IMG/VR virus record: IMGVR_UViG_2713896902_000005 | Span: 1 to 36,473 of that record | Strand: one strand, 5' to 3' | Length of the DNA: 36,473 bases | Source of the DNA: a virus | Lineage: Duplodnaviria > Heunggongvirae > Uroviricota > Caudoviricetes | Shown: positions 1-10,689 of the stretch, piece after piece | Position numbering within the stretch: position 1 is the stretch's first letter | How the letters are laid out: every line of letters starts with the position of its first letter | Notes under the pieces: model-generated | What the model was told of the DNA's origin: nothing | Databases searched by the model: none | What the model saw: only the letters and a program-made list of their open reading frames with translations | Position numbers and translations under genes: made by a program

Positions 1-303
1 TTCTCCCAAACCAAGGTTTTCGAGAGCCGTTTTCACCGTGCCATCCGATTTGATATCGCCAAACGGATTCTTGCGGCTTAACAGCAGCGCACGAAGCGCG
101 GTAAGCAGCTGGTCATGCCGCCCCTTCTCCAGGCTGGCACCGGATGCCTCCACCACGCTGCAGAGTTCTTCCTGCAACATGTCAAAGTAGTCATCATCCA
201 GATCGGTGGCAGGTGTGCCGGTCTGGGGGTTACCACGGGTAAAACCGTTCTTACCCGCGCCGAACTTATCCTTCTGCGCGGTTTTCGTGTCTATACGATG
301 CAT
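1..303 (-). CDS. Tail fibre protein, N-terminal 101 codons only (gene continues past window start)
   Basis: Open frame from ATG at 303-301 to the window edge ([15 protein letters not shown]...[10 protein letters not shown]); GGAG 6 nt upstream; sits directly after the baseplate genes; the LGLG-type N-terminus is typical of side tail fibres. Confidence 0.55.
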   Translation of the reverse strand, partial: MHRIDTKTAQKDKFGAGKNGFTRGNPQTGTPATDLDDDYFDMLQEELCSVVEASGASLEKGRHDQLLTALRALLLSRKNPFGDIKSDGTVKTALENLGLGE

Positions 304-306
304 GGA

Positions 307-891
307 TTACTCCGGATATTTAAAAATTACGTAGGTATGCGAAGGGCAGAGTTTGTTAAGCACACACTCGACAACGGTGTCGCCCCAGATACGCAGTGCG
401 GAATCACAGGGATCACCACATGTCATCCAGGTGGTGTTGGTGGCAGCTGGCATGTTGACCTGCCAGTAATACCGCCATTCCGGCGCATTCACCGCGTCAG
501 TACAGGCCGATGAGCAGGTGAAGGTGCTTTTGTCGTATCGCGTGATGGTGGCATCTGGTCTGCCCAGGGCAGCAAGCTGTGCAAGATAAAAATCCTCGTT
601 GATGCCGCCCGCCAGGTTAACCTTCGCATCCAGCCGCTGCTGACGCTGGCGAAGGGTCTGTGTCCCTGCGGGAATACATTCATCCGGCAGGCCGCACAGA
701 CGCTCCCAGCGGTTTATCAGTTCGGTGGTGGTGCGCGGATCCAACTCCCGCATCAGGGCATCCGCACGCTGATGAACACGGGTTAATGACGGTGCTGCAC
801 CGGCAATCGCCGGATCGCTGGCTGACCACGCCGGACCGGGCGGCAACAGTGCTGACAACAGACGGATGTAATCATCGTTTGTCACGTCCAT
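307..891 (-). CDS. Baseplate/tail protein, Mu gp48-like (DUF2313 family)
   Basis: 194 aa ORF; position after the baseplate J-like gene and before the tail fibre; family assigned from memory of Mu-like tail modules. Confidence 0.55.
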   Translation of the reverse strand: MDVTNDDYIRLLSALLPPGPAWSASDPAIAGAAPSLTRVHQRADALMRELDPRTTTELINRWERLCGLPDECIPAGTQTLRQRQQRLDAKVNLAGGINEDFYLAQLAALGRPDATITRYDKSTFTCSSACTDAVNAPEWRYYWQVNMPAATNTTWMTCGDPCDSALRIWGDTVVECVLNKLCPSHTYVIFKYPE

Positions 892-1940
892 GAAATCGTC
901 CCCAGAACCGCCAGTTCGTTTTTCGCAATGGAGATATTGTCTGCCGGTGCAAGCAACTGATGGCTGTATTCCCCGTTCGCACCGGAAATCGCTTCACTGA
1001 TACGCGACACCTTCAGCTCTCCCTGCGGATAACCATCACGCAGCAGGAACGAACGCAACTCCGCGGTAATGGCAGCCCGTATTTCTGGTGTGTCCGGCGT
1101 CACGCGGATATGAAAATCCACTTTATGCGCCACCGGCCTGAATACATACAAATCAGAGCCTGCCACCGGGGCCAGTGGCTCAATGTGTTGTCTTGCAGCC
1201 GTTTCCGTTGATTCTTCCGGAATGGGATTAATCAGGTCACTGCTGGCAATCATCACACCGACAGTCCCCGTTCCCATCCAGTGGCGGTATGTCCATGCAC
1301 GGGTAATGCCTGGCACTTCTTTAGCCCAGACGACATAGTCCCCGTCAGCCCCGCCCTGAAGCGTCCAGTAATACCGCTCAATGACGCGGGCGCGCCACGT
1401 TTCCAGCTCTTCAGTATCAAATCCGCCTGTAAGGGTGTCAGCCACACCGGAAGACGGCAGACCATTCACCGGCGTGACCAGGATTAATGCCGTACCGTCG
1501 TCAGTGTTACCGACCGCACCTGCACTTGAGCAGGCGATCGGCACGCGCAGGACACCACCGGAGCTGGTTGCATCGTCAGTTGTCGTGTACTGCACCAGGT
1601 CATCGCGCTGAATAACACTCCCGGCGGTCACCTTCAGGCCATCGCTGACACCTTCCCAGCGCATATACCCGCTGGCAGCCGTGGCCCCCTTGCGCGGACA
1701 CCGTTTCATCGCAGCATGTCGCGCCAGCCAGGACTCATCGCACAGGTCAGGCAGCATGTTCATTGCCAGATAATCGATGTAACCGTAAACCGTATGCAGC
1801 GCCGCCGCATACACCTTTGCCCGCACGTCTTCATCCATGCGCCGGAGCGTGTCGCTGACGTCCAGCCTGGCGAATAAATCGTTACGGAGCATACTGATAT
1901 TTTCTGCCAGCGTCGGGCGCTGAAATTCACTGTCCGCCAT
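882..1940 (-). CDS. Baseplate J-like wedge protein (Mu gp47-like)
   Basis: 352 aa; size and position in the Mu-like baseplate block; start overlaps the upstream gene. Confidence 0.65.
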   Translation of the reverse strand: MADSEFQRPTLAENISMLRNDLFARLDVSDTLRRMDEDVRAKVYAAALHTVYGYIDYLAMNMLPDLCDESWLARHAAMKRCPRKGATAASGYMRWEGVSDGLKVTAGSVIQRDDLVQYTTTDDATSSGGVLRVPIACSSAGAVGNTDDGTALILVTPVNGLPSSGVADTLTGGFDTEELETWRARVIERYYWTLQGGADGDYVVWAKEVPGITRAWTYRHWMGTGTVGVMIASSDLINPIPEESTETAARQHIEPLAPVAGSDLYVFRPVAHKVDFHIRVTPDTPEIRAAITAELRSFLLRDGYPQGELKVSRISEAISGANGEYSHQLLAPADNISIAKNELAVLGTISWT

Positions 1941-2355
1941 GCGTTATCGCACTCCACAGATCATCAAAAGAAATCATTACCGGTCCGTCACGACGCCAGA
2001 GAGTGATACTGTTACCCAGTTCATTAATCCCGGTGCGGCGGATATCCAGATCAATACGGGACACCACGCCGTCATCAATCATCCATTGCAGGCATTCGCG
2101 GATATACCCCCTTACCGTCTGCACCAGCTGATTGGTCAGTTTGCTGCGCTGAAGCAGCCACAGTCGGGAGCCGTAACGGTCATTCTGTACCGCAGGCCAG
2201 GTATCCCCCCACCATCCCATCGGGACATCGGCATTGTCATCAGGCTCCGCCCGCCGCCAGGTAAACAGGGAAATCACCACGGCGCGGGTCAGCGGATCCA
2301 GCGGTGCGCTGGCGCAGGTGCGTTTACCGTTCACCGTCAGCCACAGTTCCATCAT
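1927..2355 (-). CDS. Baseplate protein, Mu gp46-like
   Basis: 142 aa ORF in the conserved position between the spike and wedge genes. Confidence 0.55.
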   Translation of the reverse strand: MMELWLTVNGKRTCASAPLDPLTRAVVISLFTWRRAEPDDNADVPMGWWGDTWPAVQNDRYGSRLWLLQRSKLTNQLVQTVRGYIRECLQWMIDDGVVSRIDLDIRRTGINELGNSITLWRRDGPVMISFDDLWSAITHGGQ

Positions 2356-2900
2356 GCCTCCATCGCTTTATCAGGTTTGTCGGTGTTACTGCCCTGACCG
2401 TTCTCTCTGTGACGATGCCCGTTATAGGCAAGCCGCATCGCTGACATGGTGGTACCGCCGGAGTCGCACAGGTCTTTCACCTGTCCGGTCACTTCAAGGT
2501 CCATTTCAAAACGTGCTTCAGGTGCATTGCGAAACGTGATCGTTTTACCTGCACCGTCCACCACGATCCCCTCCCGGGTCAGCGTCACGGACTGCCCCTG
2601 ATCGTCATAGACAGCCACCTCACCCGTCTGCAGCCCTTTCAGGCGGTAGCGCCGGTCCGACACCGTAACAACCACCGCATGAGAACGGTCGCCATCAGGA
2701 AACAACACCACCGCTTCCGCACCGCTGTTTGCCCTTGCGGTAAAACCGTAGGGTTCAAGATGTTCAACCCCGGCTTTGGGTTCACCGGCAATCAGGGACA
2801 CATCCACGGTCTGACATTTCGTGGCGGCACTGATGCTTTTCACCACTGCCCGCCCAATCAGGCCGAGGAGTTGTCGCTGCATGGCTTCAATCGTACTCAT
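2352..2900 (-). CDS. Baseplate assembly protein V / spike (Mu gp45-like)
   Basis: 182 aa; position and size; 4-bp start/stop overlap with neighbours. Confidence 0.6.
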   Translation of the reverse strand: MSTIEAMQRQLLGLIGRAVVKSISAATKCQTVDVSLIAGEPKAGVEHLEPYGFTARANSGAEAVVLFPDGDRSHAVVVTVSDRRYRLKGLQTGEVAVYDDQGQSVTLTREGIVVDGAGKTITFRNAPEARFEMDLEVTGQVKDLCDSGGTTMSAMRLAYNGHRHRENGQGSNTDKPDKAMEA

Positions 2901-3979
2901 CAGAACGGGTCCTCCTGTACTCTGGCTTTTTTCTTTTTCCGCGCGCCGGGGGCTTCGGGTTCAGGCAGATAAGCATCAGGTGGGCCGACACGGATTTCCG
3001 TCAGGGTGCCGTTCTGGTCCTGAGTAAACGTGACTTCCGAGACAAGCAGTTCGGTATTGTCGAAACCACAGACCGGATCGAAGACAATCACCCGCTGGTT
3101 GGGCTGCCACAGCGTACCGTTACCCTGTCGCCAGCCCTGCACCACATAGGTGGTTTCATCAGTCCGCGCCGCCCGTTGTCGGGCTTCAAAGTCAGCACGG
3201 GCAATACAGCCTGCCCCCGTAGCCTGCCCTGTCTGCCTGATATACATCGGACGGTAACGGGCAATAAATGCGTCCTCTGTGCGGGCCCGCAGCGCGGTTG
3301 TGGTGACCTCACCGAAATCATCGTCGTTTCCGGCACGCTGCCCCGCCACCTGGTAAACAGAAAACCGCTCCCGGATACTCTTCTCCGTATCGCAGGAAAG
3401 GATGTTTTCCCCAAATACCAGCGCGGTATGTGCCCGCGTTGAGCCAATACCGCCAATCACCAGCCTGCCGTGCGGGTCGTCATAAGCCAGCGCCTGCTGC
3501 TGACCGAGTATTTTGTTAATCACCTCGATCACCGTTTCACCGTGATCAGGCTGGACATCAGGAATAACACCCGACGGCGCACCGCTGTTCACCACCTCAA
3601 TGCCGAAGGGCGCAGCAAGCGCCTGCGCAATCTGTACCAGTGATCGTCCGTTAAACTGTGTCGGTTCGGCTGCACAATCAATCAGGTCAGCGGTCAGACT
3701 GCGTCCGGCAATACCGGTGCTGACCGAACGGGCATCGTAACGAACGGGCGTCGCCTCCACCCAGCCGGTGATCACCAGCTCATCACCAATCAGCACCTCC
3801 ACTTTTGAACCGTTTTTAATGCGCGGCTGAAGCGTGGTAATACCCTCATCTCCCGGCCACTGGCGGGTGATCTCCACACTGAAATCCCGCGCCAGTCGTT
3901 CAACACCGGCACCGATGCGCACCGATGTCCAGCCATTCCACTCCCGGCCATTTACCCGTAGCGTGACGTTATCGTTCAT
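2900..3979 (-). CDS. Baseplate hub / tail protein (Mu gp44 or P2 gpD-like)
   Basis: 359 aa ORF directly downstream of the DNA-circularisation-like gene; translationally coupled. Confidence 0.55.
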   Translation of the reverse strand: MNDNVTLRVNGREWNGWTSVRIGAGVERLARDFSVEITRQWPGDEGITTLQPRIKNGSKVEVLIGDELVITGWVEATPVRYDARSVSTGIAGRSLTADLIDCAAEPTQFNGRSLVQIAQALAAPFGIEVVNSGAPSGVIPDVQPDHGETVIEVINKILGQQQALAYDDPHGRLVIGGIGSTRAHTALVFGENILSCDTEKSIRERFSVYQVAGQRAGNDDDFGEVTTTALRARTEDAFIARYRPMYIRQTGQATGAGCIARADFEARQRAARTDETTYVVQGWRQGNGTLWQPNQRVIVFDPVCGFDNTELLVSEVTFTQDQNGTLTEIRVGPPDAYLPEPEAPGARKKKKARVQEDPF

Positions 3980-5346
3980 TGCACTGGCACCTTCAGAGGG
4001 ATCACCGGCACAAAGCCGGGATGCGTAATGGCATTACGCCGGATAATGTCCGCGTCACGCGCCGCGTTATCAAACCAGGTCGCCGCCAGCACCAGCGCGG
4101 GTAAAACCTCATCCGGCGTGCGCTGAATGATCCGTGCAGACTGTTCAAGGCGCGTGTTGATATCCGCATTCAGATCTGCTTTCACCCGGCGCAGCGCCAG
4201 AAACAGCGCATCACTGGTTGTACGGGACAACTCCTTATCAATTGCCGTATTCAGTGTGTCGCGAATGTCAGTCAGTTCTTCCCACGTCGGCAGGTCAACC
4301 GTGCTTTTCACCGCCGGTGCATTGTTCAGTGCCGGATGCGTGACGGAAGGCCAGCCAGTGCTCTGCGCGGGTGTTGTTGCCTGCCCCACTGCGGCATTCT
4401 GCATCACCGCGGAAGTTGTTGGCGCAGGCAATCGGGTGACGGCATACGCCGCTTCGCTGATTGCGGTCGTACGAAGGATGCTGGCAACCACGTTACGCTG
4501 CTGCGTCGCCGTGGCGGTGGTTTTACTGTCCGTTTTCCAGACGCCGCGCGGTTGCAGATCGCTGCCGAGGCTGACACCGGAAAGTGTTTTGATCATGGTG
4601 ACCAGGTCGCTGGCGTTACCATAAAGGCGTTTCCCGGTACGCCACATTTTCTGCACCTGCTCAACGAAATTTTTGCCTGACGATGGCGGCGGCAGAAGTA
4701 CCGAGATATCCCCCTGCAACAGCCTGGCGGCATCCGATACGGCAGAATCCACCACTTTCATCGCATCAGAAACATACCCAAGCATTGTGCTGGCATTACC
4801 GACGACGTCGTTCTGCACAAAATCTGCCACGCCATCGATACTGAAACTACTGAAACTGTCACTGATGCAGTCATCCAGTGCAGAACAGGATGACATCAGC
4901 GTCTGCGCCGTCGCCGCACCTGATGTGGGGTAAGAGAGTTCTCCCGCTTCGACAAACTTCAGGTCAAAGCGGACAATACGCCCTTCACTCTTCGATGTGC
5001 TGACCCGAACCTCTCCGTCAACACAGACTTTCAGCTCACCGTAAGTCGGATGGACAAGCGTGCCGGGACCGGGTTTATTCAGCGCGTCAATCAGGCGATC
5101 GCGCTGGTCAAAGCAGTCATCTCCCACCACATAAGCCGTGATGGACGGGCGGAAAGTGACTTTTCCCAGATCTTCGGTATAGGGTTTGTCGCGGTTCGGG
5201 TATTCGTGCGTTTCCACACGACGACCGGTTCCCGCACTTTCTTCTTCAACCTTAAACGGCACACCGCGAAATGACGCGTCCTGAAGTCTGTCTTTCCACG
5301 TCATATAAACTCCGTACATAAAAAATCCCACCGGAGTGGGACTCAT
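3976..5346 (-). CDS. DNA circularisation protein N-like tail protein (Mu gpN-like)
   Basis: 456 aa; N-terminus MSPTPVGFFMYGVYMTWKDRLQDASFRGVPFKVEEE resembles the Mu N family; lies between tape measure and baseplate genes. Confidence 0.6.
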   Translation of the reverse strand: MSPTPVGFFMYGVYMTWKDRLQDASFRGVPFKVEEESAGTGRRVETHEYPNRDKPYTEDLGKVTFRPSITAYVVGDDCFDQRDRLIDALNKPGPGTLVHPTYGELKVCVDGEVRVSTSKSEGRIVRFDLKFVEAGELSYPTSGAATAQTLMSSCSALDDCISDSFSSFSIDGVADFVQNDVVGNASTMLGYVSDAMKVVDSAVSDAARLLQGDISVLLPPPSSGKNFVEQVQKMWRTGKRLYGNASDLVTMIKTLSGVSLGSDLQPRGVWKTDSKTTATATQQRNVVASILRTTAISEAAYAVTRLPAPTTSAVMQNAAVGQATTPAQSTGWPSVTHPALNNAPAVKSTVDLPTWEELTDIRDTLNTAIDKELSRTTSDALFLALRRVKADLNADINTRLEQSARIIQRTPDEVLPALVLAATWFDNAARDADIIRRNAITHPGFVPVIPLKVPVQ

Positions 5347-5364
5347 TAACAGATTAATTTTTCA

Positions 5365-7200
5365 TTACCTGCCAAAGCGCGTATAGCCAACATCATGGCT
5401 GACATCAAAACCGCTGGATCGCGTTTCCATAACCCGCATACCCGGAGGCGAATTCACAAAAGAGACCTTGATCTCACCATCAACTTTTGGCGCAGAAGCT
5501 TTGTTAATCATGAAGGGATTCGGGCCTGTGGCACCGGAGGCGTTGTTTGACTGAGCCAGATCCACCGCCGGATAAGGTGTGTATCCCCGCGCCGGTATTC
5601 CCGTCCCATAAGCATCATAAGCACCCGCGCCCCACTGCGCAGAGTTAATGGCATCGACCGTGTCACCGGAACTGTCGGTAAACCACTCAATAATTGGCTT
5701 CAGCTTGTCCCACATATCCTGAAACCACTTAACAACCGGCCCCCAGTTATTGATCACCATCCCCAGCGGCGACCAGGCAAAAACTTTCTTAAGGAGTTCC
5801 CGGCCAGCCTCAAAATAAGGACCAATGGTTTCCCAGAGCTTCTTGAAATAAGGTCCGACAACATCCCAGTTAGTGATAATTAATCCCGCAGCCAGGGCTA
5901 TCGCCGTCGCAATCATGCCAATCGGCGTCATCGACATGATCCTGCTGACAATGCTGATGGCACTGCCCACGCCCATCAATCCCAGTTTCAGAATCGCAAG
6001 ACCGGCAGCAAGCCCGACGACGCCGCGAATAACCCGGGGATTTTCATCCGCAAACTTCGTGAATTTCTCCCCCAACTCCCCCAGCCATTGCGTGATATTT
6101 TTAGCGTCACCAGAAAATGCGCCGCCAATAGCCGCAAGGCCGTTGGCTGCGGTCCCCGTCATTGCCTCCCACAGGTTGGACAGCGTACCAAGCTGTGCCT
6201 GAACACGTTTATTCAGGCTGGCCTGTTTATTCATCTTCTGCTGGATCTGATCGTAGCCATCCTTTCCTTTATCGATCAGCGCATTGACCACTTGAAGGGT
6301 TTCGGCATCATCACCAAATATTGCCTTAAGTACACCGGTTCGCTTAACGTCGGTCAGTTTTCGCAGCTTTGCCAGTTGCCTGAACATGTTATCAAGACCG
6401 CCAAAACTCCCTTTGCCATCAGTAAAATCGAGCTGTACCCCGAGTTTCTGGCGGGCCATGATTTTATTGACGTCCCTGATTTTCTTAACGCTTAATCCGG
6501 ACTGGATAACTTTTCGCAGGGCATTACCTGCCGACTCCCCGTTCATCCCCATCTGATCCATCATGACACTGATGGGGGCAAGACTCTGTGCAGCCTGAAG
6601 ACCGTCCTTATTCACCATCTTCAGAACAGAGCTGGTTTTAGTGAAGAAGGACAGCATGTTGGTGTCGTCAACGCCCAGATAAAACGCCTTCTGAATTGTG
6701 TCGAACAGCCCCATCATGTCTTCTGAGGCCGTTCCGGTAGCATCCTGCATCTTTGCGGCAAACTCGGCAGCCGCTTCCGGTGTTTTTTTCAGTTGTACCG
6801 CAAGATAAGCTGTCGCTTTACCCACACCGCCCAGAATGTTTTCTGCCGGGATCCCCTGACGCACCAGCATCTGCATCATGTTCTGGAAATCAGCCGTTGT
6901 ACCGGGTAGCTGGTTACCCAGGCCAATAGCCAGTTTATTGATGTCCTGAAAGCTCTTTCCAACCTCGCCGTTCGCATCCATCATGGCGACTTTCAGCCCG
7001 GTGGCGGCGTTTTCCTGATCGGCATAAGATTTCAGGGAAAGCGTCAACCCCGCTGCCAGTCCGCCACCAAGCGCCAGCCCACCCTGTGACGCTTCTTCCG
7101 CCTGGCGTTTAAATCCCCGGATTTTCTTTTGCATTTTCGACAGCGCGGGAGAAAGCCTGTCGACACCGGTGATCAACGCCTTAAGCTCAAATTCAGCCAT
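5365..7200 (-). CDS. Tail tape measure protein
   Basis: 611 aa, Ala/Gly-rich with hydrophobic segments; follows the frameshifted chaperone pair. Confidence 0.75.
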   Translation of the reverse strand: MAEFELKALITGVDRLSPALSKMQKKIRGFKRQAEEASQGGLALGGGLAAGLTLSLKSYADQENAATGLKVAMMDANGEVGKSFQDINKLAIGLGNQLPGTTADFQNMMQMLVRQGIPAENILGGVGKATAYLAVQLKKTPEAAAEFAAKMQDATGTASEDMMGLFDTIQKAFYLGVDDTNMLSFFTKTSSVLKMVNKDGLQAAQSLAPISVMMDQMGMNGESAGNALRKVIQSGLSVKKIRDVNKIMARQKLGVQLDFTDGKGSFGGLDNMFRQLAKLRKLTDVKRTGVLKAIFGDDAETLQVVNALIDKGKDGYDQIQQKMNKQASLNKRVQAQLGTLSNLWEAMTGTAANGLAAIGGAFSGDAKNITQWLGELGEKFTKFADENPRVIRGVVGLAAGLAILKLGLMGVGSAISIVSRIMSMTPIGMIATAIALAAGLIITNWDVVGPYFKKLWETIGPYFEAGRELLKKVFAWSPLGMVINNWGPVVKWFQDMWDKLKPIIEWFTDSSGDTVDAINSAQWGAGAYDAYGTGIPARGYTPYPAVDLAQSNNASGATGPNPFMINKASAPKVDGEIKVSFVNSPPGMRVMETRSSGFDVSHDVGYTRFGR

Positions 7201-7375
7201 GTGTGCGTTTCTCCTGCTCTATCCTGTTTGCCTGACTGACCAGCAAGGGAATTTCACTGATCGGCATATTCAGCAATTCGAAGGGATTAATGCGCCAGTA
7301 GCTGGCGCAGTCAAAGAAGCGATCAGTAAGGTATTCAGCCGTCAGGCCTGGAGGAAAAAACCAGCCACAAGCCAC
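7193..7375 (-). CDS. Tail assembly chaperone -1 frameshift extension (lambda GT-like)
   Basis: Overlaps the 3' end of the 7342-7611 ORF in the -1 frame; slippery heptamer U_UUU_UUC at the overlap (complement of 7354-7360); no independent ATG. Confidence 0.55.
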   Translation of the reverse strand: MACGWFFPPGLTAEYLTDRFFDCASYWRINPFELLNMPISEIPLLVSQANRIEQEKRTHG

Positions 7376-7611
7376 GCCGCTGCATTCAGGTCTGCCGGAG
7401 ACATCTGGTCGACAGAGTTTTGCGGCACTTTCGCCAACCGCACAATGTATTTCGATACCACATGCGCCAGAAGTCTGACGGACTCATCCTGATTCATCTG
7501 GTAGGGATACCCCAGCTCGCGGACATCTTTCCCGGTGGGCTCATCAAACTCCAGTACGGAGAGTGTCTCGCCATGAGCGGTAATCGGTTTCTTTAACTCA
7601 AGCTCTTTCAT
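7342..7611 (-). CDS. Tail assembly chaperone (lambda G-like)
   Basis: 89 aa ORF between tail tube and tape measure genes. Confidence 0.6.
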   Translation of the reverse strand: MKELELKKPITAHGETLSVLEFDEPTGKDVRELGYPYQMNQDESVRLLAHVVSKYIVRLAKVPQNSVDQMSPADLNAAAWLVAGFFLQA

Positions 7612-7967
7612 TACTGGTAATCCCCTTCTTCACCGTGGAACTCAAGATCGACCGTGCCTTCTTCGGCATTATGGTTCGCTTCGCCGTGCAGCCAGGCAGA
7701 CGACAGTACATAGACCTGACCGTTCGCCAGCTCGGCAGTGATGGTCATCTCATCAGATGAGGTGATTTTGCTCACCGGAAAATTCTTCGGCACCTTGAAG
7801 GTCCCTTTAACATAGGGCGCACGGTGAGTTTCCTTGCGGTCCACTGAACCGTCCAGGCCGATGATGTCATCATTGACCGTCCTGTTCATGGGCACCTCAA
7901 TGCCGCCGGTCAGCGATAGCTGCTGACCGTCAATTTTGAAATAACAGGTTCCCCCGATACGGGCCAT
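7611..7967 (-). CDS. Tail tube protein
   Basis: 118 aa ORF immediately downstream of the sheath gene. Confidence 0.65.
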   Translation of the reverse strand: MARIGGTCYFKIDGQQLSLTGGIEVPMNRTVNDDIIGLDGSVDRKETHRAPYVKGTFKVPKNFPVSKITSSDEMTITAELANGQVYVLSSAWLHGEANHNAEEGTVDLEFHGEEGDYQ

Positions 7968-9463
7968 TATGCAGACTCCTCTGAATACTGAAGACGGAAC
8001 TGGTTAACCACGGCAAAGACACGCAACTGGTTAACATAGTCAGGCGGGAACAGCGTGTTCAGGCGGTTCGGATCGCTGGCATCACGCTCCACAACCAGGT
8101 ACTGCTTAAACAGTTCGTAGTTTTCCACGATCCCCGCACGCTCAAGCTGACGGTAGGTTGCCAGCAGTTCCCCTTTGATCACCGCCGGGGTGACAATCGC
8201 CTGACCGGGACCAAAGCGGGTACCGTCACTGGCAAGCTTGTGACGCCCGTACTTACTGGTAATGACGGATTTCAGTTTGCGCAGTACATACGCGCTGGTA
8301 TGCAGTGTCTCACTGTCGAGGTAGCTGTTATCCGCAACCCCGTAAGCGTTTTTCCTGTACGTGGTGACATCACGCTGAATGCGCAGTACCCCGCTTTCGA
8401 CATACGCCGTTGCCACGCCATGAGACAGCAGGGTCTGTTGCTCGGTCATCGTGAACCGTTTCCCCTTCGGCGCAGGCAGCATACCCACCAGCTCACCGGT
8501 CTGCGTGGGACGTGCCGGATCGTTGCGAATAAACACCGCTGCGCGGGCGGTACGGCTTGCCGCCAGCTCGTCGGCAGGCGTCTGGGTCTCTTTTTCGTAC
8601 CCCGCCAGGGTAATGTGCTGCTGGTTAAACTGGTCACCTGCGGTCACCAGTTCTGACAGCGTGCCGGTCTTTGCCGTATACACATGACCATACAGCTGAC
8701 GCGCATAGCTCCAGCGACCGCTGGTATCGTTCATCTCGGTCACCAGCGTGTTAACGGAGGCCGTGTCGTTGAACGGCAGGCCGATATAATCAAACGGCTC
8801 ATCCGCCATTGCAGCCACCGCGCCGGTGAGAACAGGAGAGCCCGTTCCGGCGGTCCCCGTCGCCACGGCAATCTGTACGCCCGCTGGCAGCACTTCGCCC
8901 CCACCAAAGCCGTAGTAATTGAGGCTGACAGGAATTTCATTCCCGCAAAGCCCCTTATGACGCGCGGTCAGTGTGACCACGCCTGCCGAAGATGAAGCCG
9001 TAAACGGCAGGGCCGGAACGGCATTGATGGCATCTTTGATACTGCTGGCAATCGTCGTGACGTTATCGCCGTTGGTCACCGGAGCCTGCACGCGGGTACG
9101 TCCCACATAGACATTCACCGTGCCGCTTTCGGTTGCTTCCCCGGTCACCGTCAGCGTAACCGTTGCCGCCGCGCCTGTGGCTTCCGGAACGGCAATCACA
9201 TACAGCTCGCCAAACGGGTCGGTCTGGCGATAAGCCTCGACCATACGCGCCAGCTGACTTCCCGCACCACAAATCTGGCGTGCATAGTCTGCCGACGGCA
9301 TCAGTACCAGACTGTTGGCAACAATCTCTGCACCGTTATTGGCATGACCAATCAGCAGCGATGCTCCGCTGTCCTGTGCAGTATTCGCCGCCTGGTTATC
9401 CATTTCCGCATAAAACAGCGGAACCAGCGTATTCGACGGAATGGTGTTAAAGCTTATCGTCAT
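7967..9463 (-). CDS. Contractile tail sheath protein
   Basis: 498 aa; size, composition and position upstream of the tube gene. Confidence 0.8.
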   Translation of the reverse strand: MTISFNTIPSNTLVPLFYAEMDNQAANTAQDSGASLLIGHANNGAEIVANSLVLMPSADYARQICGAGSQLARMVEAYRQTDPFGELYVIAVPEATGAAATVTLTVTGEATESGTVNVYVGRTRVQAPVTNGDNVTTIASSIKDAINAVPALPFTASSSAGVVTLTARHKGLCGNEIPVSLNYYGFGGGEVLPAGVQIAVATGTAGTGSPVLTGAVAAMADEPFDYIGLPFNDTASVNTLVTEMNDTSGRWSYARQLYGHVYTAKTGTLSELVTAGDQFNQQHITLAGYEKETQTPADELAASRTARAAVFIRNDPARPTQTGELVGMLPAPKGKRFTMTEQQTLLSHGVATAYVESGVLRIQRDVTTYRKNAYGVADNSYLDSETLHTSAYVLRKLKSVITSKYGRHKLASDGTRFGPGQAIVTPAVIKGELLATYRQLERAGIVENYELFKQYLVVERDASDPNRLNTLFPPDYVNQLRVFAVVNQFRLQYSEESA

Positions 9464-9617
9464 CGGTGTTCACCTTTTTATTCACGCGCCGGATATCACC
9501 CGCTGCTTCACGGCGCAGCCAGTAGTTGTTCTCGTCAACATTTCGCCCTTCGGCGGGCAAAAGGTCGCCGCGGGCAGGATCAGGAACTGACCGCCCTTTA
9601 ACAGGTTTGACAAACAT
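9447..9617 (-). CDS. Small tail-associated protein (DUF2635-like), not in the ORF track
   Basis: Hand-translated: ATG at 9617 gives MFVKPVKGRSVPDPARGDLLPAEGRNVDENNYWLRREAAGDIRRVNKKVNTDDDKL (55 aa), overlapping the sheath start; a small gene of this type commonly precedes Mu-like sheath genes. Confidence 0.45.
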   Translation of the reverse strand: MFVKPVKGRSVPDPARGDLLPAEGRNVDENNYWLRREAAGDIRRVNKKVNTDDDKL

Positions 9618-9625
9618 GAGGATCC

Positions 9626-10186
9626 TCAGAAAGGAAGGGTTATTTCGGTGTGATGTTCGATATCGCCGTCAGGCCCGTTACCGGGCTCGAGATAATCAAC
9701 ATCAATCGCCAGCGTTTGCAGTTCATCCAGACTGTTCAGATCATCCTGCTGGCGGGTATCGTCTTCAGTCAGCTCGCTGATGACCGAAAAATCGAACTGA
9801 TAAATCAGCTCATGACGATTCAGATCCAGCAGCGTGCCGCCGTCATAGGTAATCGGGTTACCGCACGCTTCCGGGTTCCAGCCCAGCAGGGCCTTAAAGA
9901 GCATCTGCCGGACATCGTCCACCACATCATACGAGGCAAACTGACCGCGCTCATCACGTCCGTTACTCAGTATGACAACCACGGAGAAGCCCTCTTTCAG
10001 CTCCTGCCAGTAGTCGGTCTGGCTTTTGTTTTCTCCCGGAGAATCATCCCCCGGTACCACATACGCCGCCGGGAGTCTCAGCTTTCCGACCTCCGGCAGA
10101 TTTTTGAACTGTGCCGCGCCTGCCACCCGGTTTTCAAAATACGGGCAGCGGGCACGCAGCGCAGCAATAACAGGCGTCAGTTTCAT
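9626..10186 (-). CDS. Neck / tail completion protein (Mu gp37-like)
   Basis: 186 aa ORF between head-completion genes and the sheath; acidic C-terminus. Confidence 0.4.
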   Translation of the reverse strand: MKLTPVIAALRARCPYFENRVAGAAQFKNLPEVGKLRLPAAYVVPGDDSPGENKSQTDYWQELKEGFSVVVILSNGRDERGQFASYDVVDDVRQMLFKALLGWNPEACGNPITYDGGTLLDLNRHELIYQFDFSVISELTEDDTRQQDDLNSLDELQTLAIDVDYLEPGNGPDGDIEHHTEITLPF

Positions 10187-10689
10187 CTGTGTCGTCGCTC
10201 CGGCTTCAGTGATTTACGCAATTCCCGCGCCAGAAAATAGCGTGTCCAGCTGCGGTTCTTTTCAAGCGTTTCCACCATGAAGTTATTACGTGGAGCCAGT
10301 CGCCAGCCGCTGCCACCGGATGCACCACGATGATGGCTGCGACGACGCTTTGCCCCTCGCCTCACGCCATAGAACAAAAAAGCCGGATAAAAATCACCGG
10401 TGATACGGCGGTTTCCCTCTCCATTACGCTGGTTAGGGGCTATACGTGCCATAAAACCAGGGCGATGTTTACTGGCTCTGGGTACCATGTAACCAATCGA
10501 ACGAGCCAGGCGTCCGGTCTGATAACCGGGGTTTTCACCCGGTGCCGACCGCGCACGGCGCATCACCAGCCGACGGGCATCACGCATATGACGCTGCCCA
10601 ATCGTGACAAACGCCCGCCGGACACGGGCGCGGTTAAAGCGCATCTCGGCGGGCTGCTGAACATCAACGTGAAAAAAGGGAGTCGCCAT
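10183..10689 (-). CDS. Virion morphogenesis / head-tail joining protein (HK97 gp10-like)
   Basis: 168 aa, basic; position in the head-completion block. Confidence 0.45.
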   Translation of the reverse strand: MATPFFHVDVQQPAEMRFNRARVRRAFVTIGQRHMRDARRLVMRRARSAPGENPGYQTGRLARSIGYMVPRASKHRPGFMARIAPNQRNGEGNRRITGDFYPAFLFYGVRRGAKRRRSHHRGASGGSGWRLAPRNNFMVETLEKNRSWTRYFLARELRKSLKPERRHR

